Positions 26,630-28,219 of a stretch of DNA of 28,219 nucleotides are shown here, one piece after another. The position numbers and the translations under genes are program-made. Source of the DNA: a virus (taxonomy: Duplodnaviria > Caudoviricetes); IMG/VR virus record IMGVR_UViG_3300026292_000026, positions 1 through 28,219 of that record; one strand, written 5' to 3'. The notes under the pieces were generated by a model, which was not told where the DNA came from, made no database searches, and worked only from the letters and a program-made list of their open reading frames with translations. How positions within the stretch are numbered: position 1 is the stretch's first letter; every line of letters begins with the position of its first letter.

Positions 26630-26761
26630 TTATTCCGACTCTTCGGGATTATACTTCTCCCTCTCATCGGTATCGATGTTACCATCCTTATCATCATCCC
26701 AATCGGAACGATACTGAAGGTTTCTGGGTTTCCCCACTTCGTATCCAAAAGTATTAGGCAT
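26630..26761 (-). CDS. Small acidic protein with an EF-hand-type loop (43 aa)
   Basis: Not in the track. MPNTFGYEVGKPRNLQYRSDWDDDKDGNIDTDEREKYNPEESE. The ATG overlaps the upstream stop (TAATG) and has a GGAG SD. Confidence 0.7.
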   Translation of the reverse strand: MPNTFGYEVGKPRNLQYRSDWDDDKDGNIDTDEREKYNPEESE

Positions 26762-26907
26762 TAGTTTCTCCCCTGTCCTCGGTAGCGTTTCTTTGCTCTG
26801 TTACGAGAGCTTGCACTGTATTTAGTATGTTTCCCAGTTCCCTGTCTGGTCTTCTTAGGAATTGCCTCTATCGTATCACCGCTACTTAAACTTCTATTCC
26901 TCGCCAT
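26761..26907 (-). CDS. Small basic protein ending RYRGQG (48 aa)
   Basis: Not in the track. MARNRSLSSGDTIEAIPKKTRQGTGKHTKYSASSRNRAKKRYRGQGRN. I recognise this as a recurrent small gene upstream of gp25 in cyanomyoviruses. It is the first gene after the sigma70 promoter. Confidence 0.8.
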   Translation of the reverse strand: MARNRSLSSGDTIEAIPKKTRQGTGKHTKYSASSRNRAKKRYRGQGRN

Positions 26908-26931
26908 TGCTTAATAGCAAACTACTTCAAT

Positions 26932-26960
26932 AGTATACTACGAATTGTGCTTATGGTCAA
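26932..26960 (-). promoter_or_regulatory. sigma70-type (early/host RNAP) promoter TTGACC-N17-TATACT
   Basis: -35 at 26955-26960 and -10 at 26932-26937, each a 5/6 match with exact 17-nt spacing, about 25 nt upstream of the ATG at 26907. Confidence 0.75.
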
Positions 26961-27240
26961 GCTTACCACTCATCTCATATGCATCCTTATTACCACCATG
27001 ACCATGTGCTATACCTAACTCGTGCATCTTAGCATGTTCATCGATCTGGTCTCTTAATTCCTTCTTGCCTGGTCCAAATGTGAGGTATAACCCATAACCA
27101 ACCAAAGACAAAGTAACGAGACCAAAGAATAGAATAAATCCTTGATCAGGTGTTAAATGAAGGTGGGGAATCAGTACATCATCCTGTGCTTCCCATGTTC
27201 CAGGTAATGTATAAACAGATGGTTTCGATAGAAATAACAT
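26938..27240 (-). CDS. psbN: PsbN-like single-pass membrane protein with a His-rich C-terminal extension (100 aa)
   Basis: A TM segment followed by GYGLYLTFGPGKKELRDQIDEH matches the PsbN pattern GY.lY.aFG..s..LRDpf.EH. Confidence 0.72.
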   Translation of the reverse strand: MLFLSKPSVYTLPGTWEAQDDVLIPHLHLTPDQGFILFFGLVTLSLVGYGLYLTFGPGKKELRDQIDEHAKMHELGIAHGHGGNKDAYEMSGKLDHKHNS

Positions 27241-27241
27241 A

Positions 27242-27577
27242 TTATGTAAAGTTTACGTTAGCAGATACAGTTGCACCAGTAAGTGATATACCAGTAGCAA
27301 CATTTAACTTATCTCCCATCTTCGCAACAGCAAGTCCATTGATACGAACTTTCATACCAGATGCAATAACTGTTCGGGGAGACGTGCATGGACTCGGATC
27401 ACTACTACATGTCTTACCTGCTGCTGGAGACATACTATGTCCTTGCAATACAGGAGTCAATCCATTAACCCTCACAGTAGTTTGTGCTGCAGTGTTAATA
27501 GATGTTGGAGGAGTTACACAGGGGCATCCACCACCTGATTCATTTCCTCCATTATAGACTTGTGCTGGAAATCCCAT
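27242..27577 (-). CDS. PAAR-like spike-tip protein (gp5.4-like, 111 aa)
   Basis: Repeated TVRVNGLTPVLQGH / KVRINGLAVAKMGD units, small size and position upstream of gp25. Confidence 0.8.
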   Translation of the reverse strand: MGFPAQVYNGGNESGGGCPCVTPPTSINTAAQTTVRVNGLTPVLQGHSMSPAAGKTCSSDPSPCTSPRTVIASGMKVRINGLAVAKMGDKLNVATGISLTGATVSANVNFT

Positions 27578-27815
27578 TGATTCTCTCTTCTAGTTTAGTA
27601 AGTCTTTCCCCATGATTCGTTCGGGGTGCTTTGTGTGAGTCCTTCTCTAATTTTAACAGACGTTCTTCCACGCTGTCAAGGTATTCAGTTATCTTTATGT
27701 ATTCGTCACTGTGGGGTGGCTTGTACATTAACTGTGGCTTCTGAAGGGCTAATATCTGGTACTGGAGATCCTCCAGGATTGTTTTCAGTTGGTCTTGGTG
27801 TTCTTGCTGCTGCAT
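27552..27815 (-). CDS. Hypothetical coiled-coil protein (87 aa from the ATG at 27815)
   Basis: MQQQEHQDQLKTILEDLQYQILALQKPQLMYKPP..EY..I.EYLD.VEERL..LE. The ATG start is preferred over the track's TTG at 27881. Overlaps the PAAR start by 26 nt. Confidence 0.7.
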   Translation of the reverse strand: MQQQEHQDQLKTILEDLQYQILALQKPQLMYKPPHSDEYIKITEYLDSVEERLLKLEKDSHKAPRTNHGERLTKLEERINGISSTSL

Positions 27816-27891
27816 CGAAGTAATCGCAAAATTGGTCAAAGTTTTCAAGTGCCTCTTGGTAGGTGCAACTTCTGGGGTCAAATTTTGTCAC
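27706..27891 (-). CDS. Hypothetical protein (61 aa, GTG start) overlapping the next gene
   Basis: First ORF after the late promoter, with an amphipathic YQEALENFDQFCDYFDAAA segment. The start is uncertain. Confidence 0.55.
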   Translation of the reverse strand: MTKFDPRSCTYQEALENFDQFCDYFDAAARTPRPTENNPGGSPVPDISPSEATVNVQATPQ

Positions 27892-27938
27892 GGAAATTTT
27901 TTTGGGTTTAGGGGTTTTTAATTTTCATTTTCAAAATA

Positions 27939-27946
27939 TATTTATC
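27939..27946 (-). promoter_or_regulatory. Late promoter GATAAATA
   Basis: NATAAATA match in the intergenic region downstream of a terminator, heading the PAAR-containing unit. Confidence 0.7.
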
Positions 27947-28013
27947 TCTCGTCTGGATACTTTTGTAGGTTAGAGAATGGTTAGGAGTCCCACTCGGCAC
28001 ATCGGGGGTACAT

Positions 28014-28039
28014 AAAAAAGGGGCATTTTACTGCCCCCT
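28014..28039 (-). terminator. Rho-independent terminator
   Basis: Minus strand reads AGGGGGCA-GTAAAA-TGCCCCTT-TTTT, 5 nt after the TAG at 28045. Confidence 0.88.
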
Positions 28040-28044
28040 GTGTT

Positions 28045-28219
28045 CTACGCTTCGACATCCATCCAACGGAATTGTGAAATAGTGCCGACCCTCCAAATGG
28101 TCACGGGTTCGCCTAGTTCTTGTGACCAGTTGAATGCCATGTCGGACGCTGCTTCAAATCCTGTTGCAACAAATTCACAAATCATGTCGTTGAATTCGCC
28201 TGTGGATTTTGGTTGAATT
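28045..28219 (-). CDS. Hypothetical protein, 5' end outside the window
   Basis: Open frame ...IQPKSTGEFNDMICEFVATGFEAASDMAFNWSQELGEPVTIWRVGTISQFRWMDVEA* ending just before the terminator. Confidence 0.65.
   Translation of the reverse strand, partial: IQPKSTGEFNDMICEFVATGFEAASDMAFNWSQELGEPVTIWRVGTISQFRWMDVEA

Noticed and set aside
26545-26748. 67-aa minus-strand ORF in the track
   Set aside because: It overlaps two better-supported small ORFs (26630-26761 and 26462-26608) that are joined to their neighbours by TAATG coupling.
24335-27577. PAAR + gp25 + gp6 as a bacterial T6SS/eCIS locus
   Set aside because: T4-type late promoters, gp7/gp8/VrlC synteny, a psbN-like gene and phage-style gene packing indicate a cyanomyovirus genome.
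2467-27823. All plus-strand ORFs in the track (60-135 aa)
   Set aside because: They are antisense shadows of long minus-strand genes, with no recognisable motifs or expression signals. All promoters and terminators found point to the minus strand.

Overview
This is a 28.2-kb, AT-rich segment of a T4-like marine cyanomyovirus (Kyanoviridae-type, probably infecting Prochlorococcus/Synechococcus); every credible gene is on the minus strand. In transcription order (right to left) it starts with the 3' end of a small hypothetical gene and its terminator. A late-promoter unit follows, with two overlapping small ORFs, a PAAR spike-tip protein and a PsbN-like protein. Next is a sigma70-promoter unit with three sub-50-aa ORFs missing from the ORF track (one basic, one carrying a canonical EF-hand loop) and three 2OG-Fe(II) oxygenase-fold genes. 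The baseplate module comes last: gp25, gp6, a 3239-aa gp7, gp8, a 2751-aa VrlC/DUF4815 protein and several small virion proteins. The most notable observation is that gp7 contains two phycobiliprotein-like helical repeats that keep both canonical bilin-attachment cysteine motifs (Cys84-type KCxRDxG..GG and beta-Cys155-type), suggesting a possibly chromophorylated baseplate. There is also a T4 e/soc-style hairpin/late-promoter switch in front of gp25. No tRNA, rRNA, CRISPR array or mobile element was seen. All family assignments come from motif recognition by eye, not from searches.
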